Part shown: positions 63,196 to 64,000 of the stretch, piece after piece
Numbering within the stretch: position 1 is the first letter of the stretch
How the letters are laid out: each line of letters begins with the position of its first letter
Origin: Octopus sinensis
Lineage: Eukaryota
Direction: 5' to 3'
Assembly: GCF_006345805.1 (NCBI RefSeq)
Contig: NC_043010.1
Coordinates: forward strand, 34,596,001-34,660,000
Length of the DNA: 64,000 nt
Made by a program: the position numbers and the translations under genes
The notes under the pieces: generated by a model
The model's input: only the letters and a program-made list of their open reading frames with translations
Database searches by the model: none
What the model was told of the DNA's origin: nothing

Positions 63196-64000
63196 ATGTC
63201 TTTGATCATAGGTCTGCTGGATTAGGGCTGACATGGTGGTAAACAGCACAACCAACAAAGCAGTTTCGATGTGGTCCTAGTTTTTGATCACACCCTATCG
63301 TCTTAGAAATGGAAGAACTCATTACATGATGTGGTTCTAAATATACTATATTTGAATGAAAGACAGGGTGGTCATGCATGGTATATCTGTGATCATAATT
63401 TTGTCTGCTCAGTCACAACATCATCATCAACAATAACAAAACAGCAGAGCTAGTGAGAACTCAACGTGGTCATTCGAACTGTTAGAAATAGTAGCCAGAT
63501 TTCCTTCAAATCACACCCTGTCGTCTTAAGAGAAGAAAAGACATTAAATATTATAGTCCTAGAATATACTACGTCACAATAAGAGATGAACTGGTCACGG
63601 CTGGAACGCATTCATCATCAAGTCTGCTCAACTTGCTGACGCAGGGACTAAACATCACCAACATAACCCGGTGCATTCCTAGAACACTATTACAACACCT
63701 TTCTTCAATAAAATCTAATGTTTAACGCTTTTGTCATTCCAATAATTCTTGTATTTCTATTTATTTATTTATTTTGTCATTTACTGGGTTTGGGTGGGAA
63801 TGGCAGTGCCCATTATTTTCACAGGTCCTCTAAGACCGCCGCAGATCGATGCAGTCAATGTTTCGCTTAAACTGTTACTAGTCAACACCATATAGCAATG
63901 CACCGCAACCTACTTTCACTTGCGGCACACTTATATTCTTTTCAAAATTCGGCGGCACACTTGAACTAAAAATATAACTAAAAGTATAGGGGAAAAAAAT

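Noticed and set aside
63897-64000. Possible left end of a hAT-type MITE (..CAACC..GCGGCACAC repeats)
   Set aside because: Cut by the window edge; no second TIR or TSD visible

Overview
Gene-poor, AT-rich, microsatellite-dense animal DNA, most consistent with an octopus-type cephalopod (inferred from repeat style: tRNA-headed SINEs, (TA)n/(GATA)n/(AAT)n density). No host protein-coding gene can be confirmed, and most ORF-track entries are translations of microsatellites. The window is dominated by transposable elements: (i) a near-full-length, degenerate Penelope-like retroelement (PLE, minus strand, 44019-47562; RT plus GIY-YIG) whose two ~309-bp pseudo-LTRs each carry a well-formed minimal type I hammerhead ribozyme (HHR); (ii) several short non-coding HHR-bearing repeats, two sharing a non-canonical CUGUnGA core, and a second PLE 3' remnant followed by a tRNA-like segment and an HHR remnant; (iii) LINE fragments (CR1/L2-like, R4/Dong-like, RTE, possible Tx1/L1); (iv) three Tc1/mariner remnants, a non-autonomous Helitron, two TIR elements with 8-bp TSDs and several fold-back palindromes; (v) dozens of SINE copies from at least five families (labels A-G are my own). 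Coordinates of SINE and microsatellite boundaries are approximate. All family assignments come from motif recognition by eye, with no database searches.
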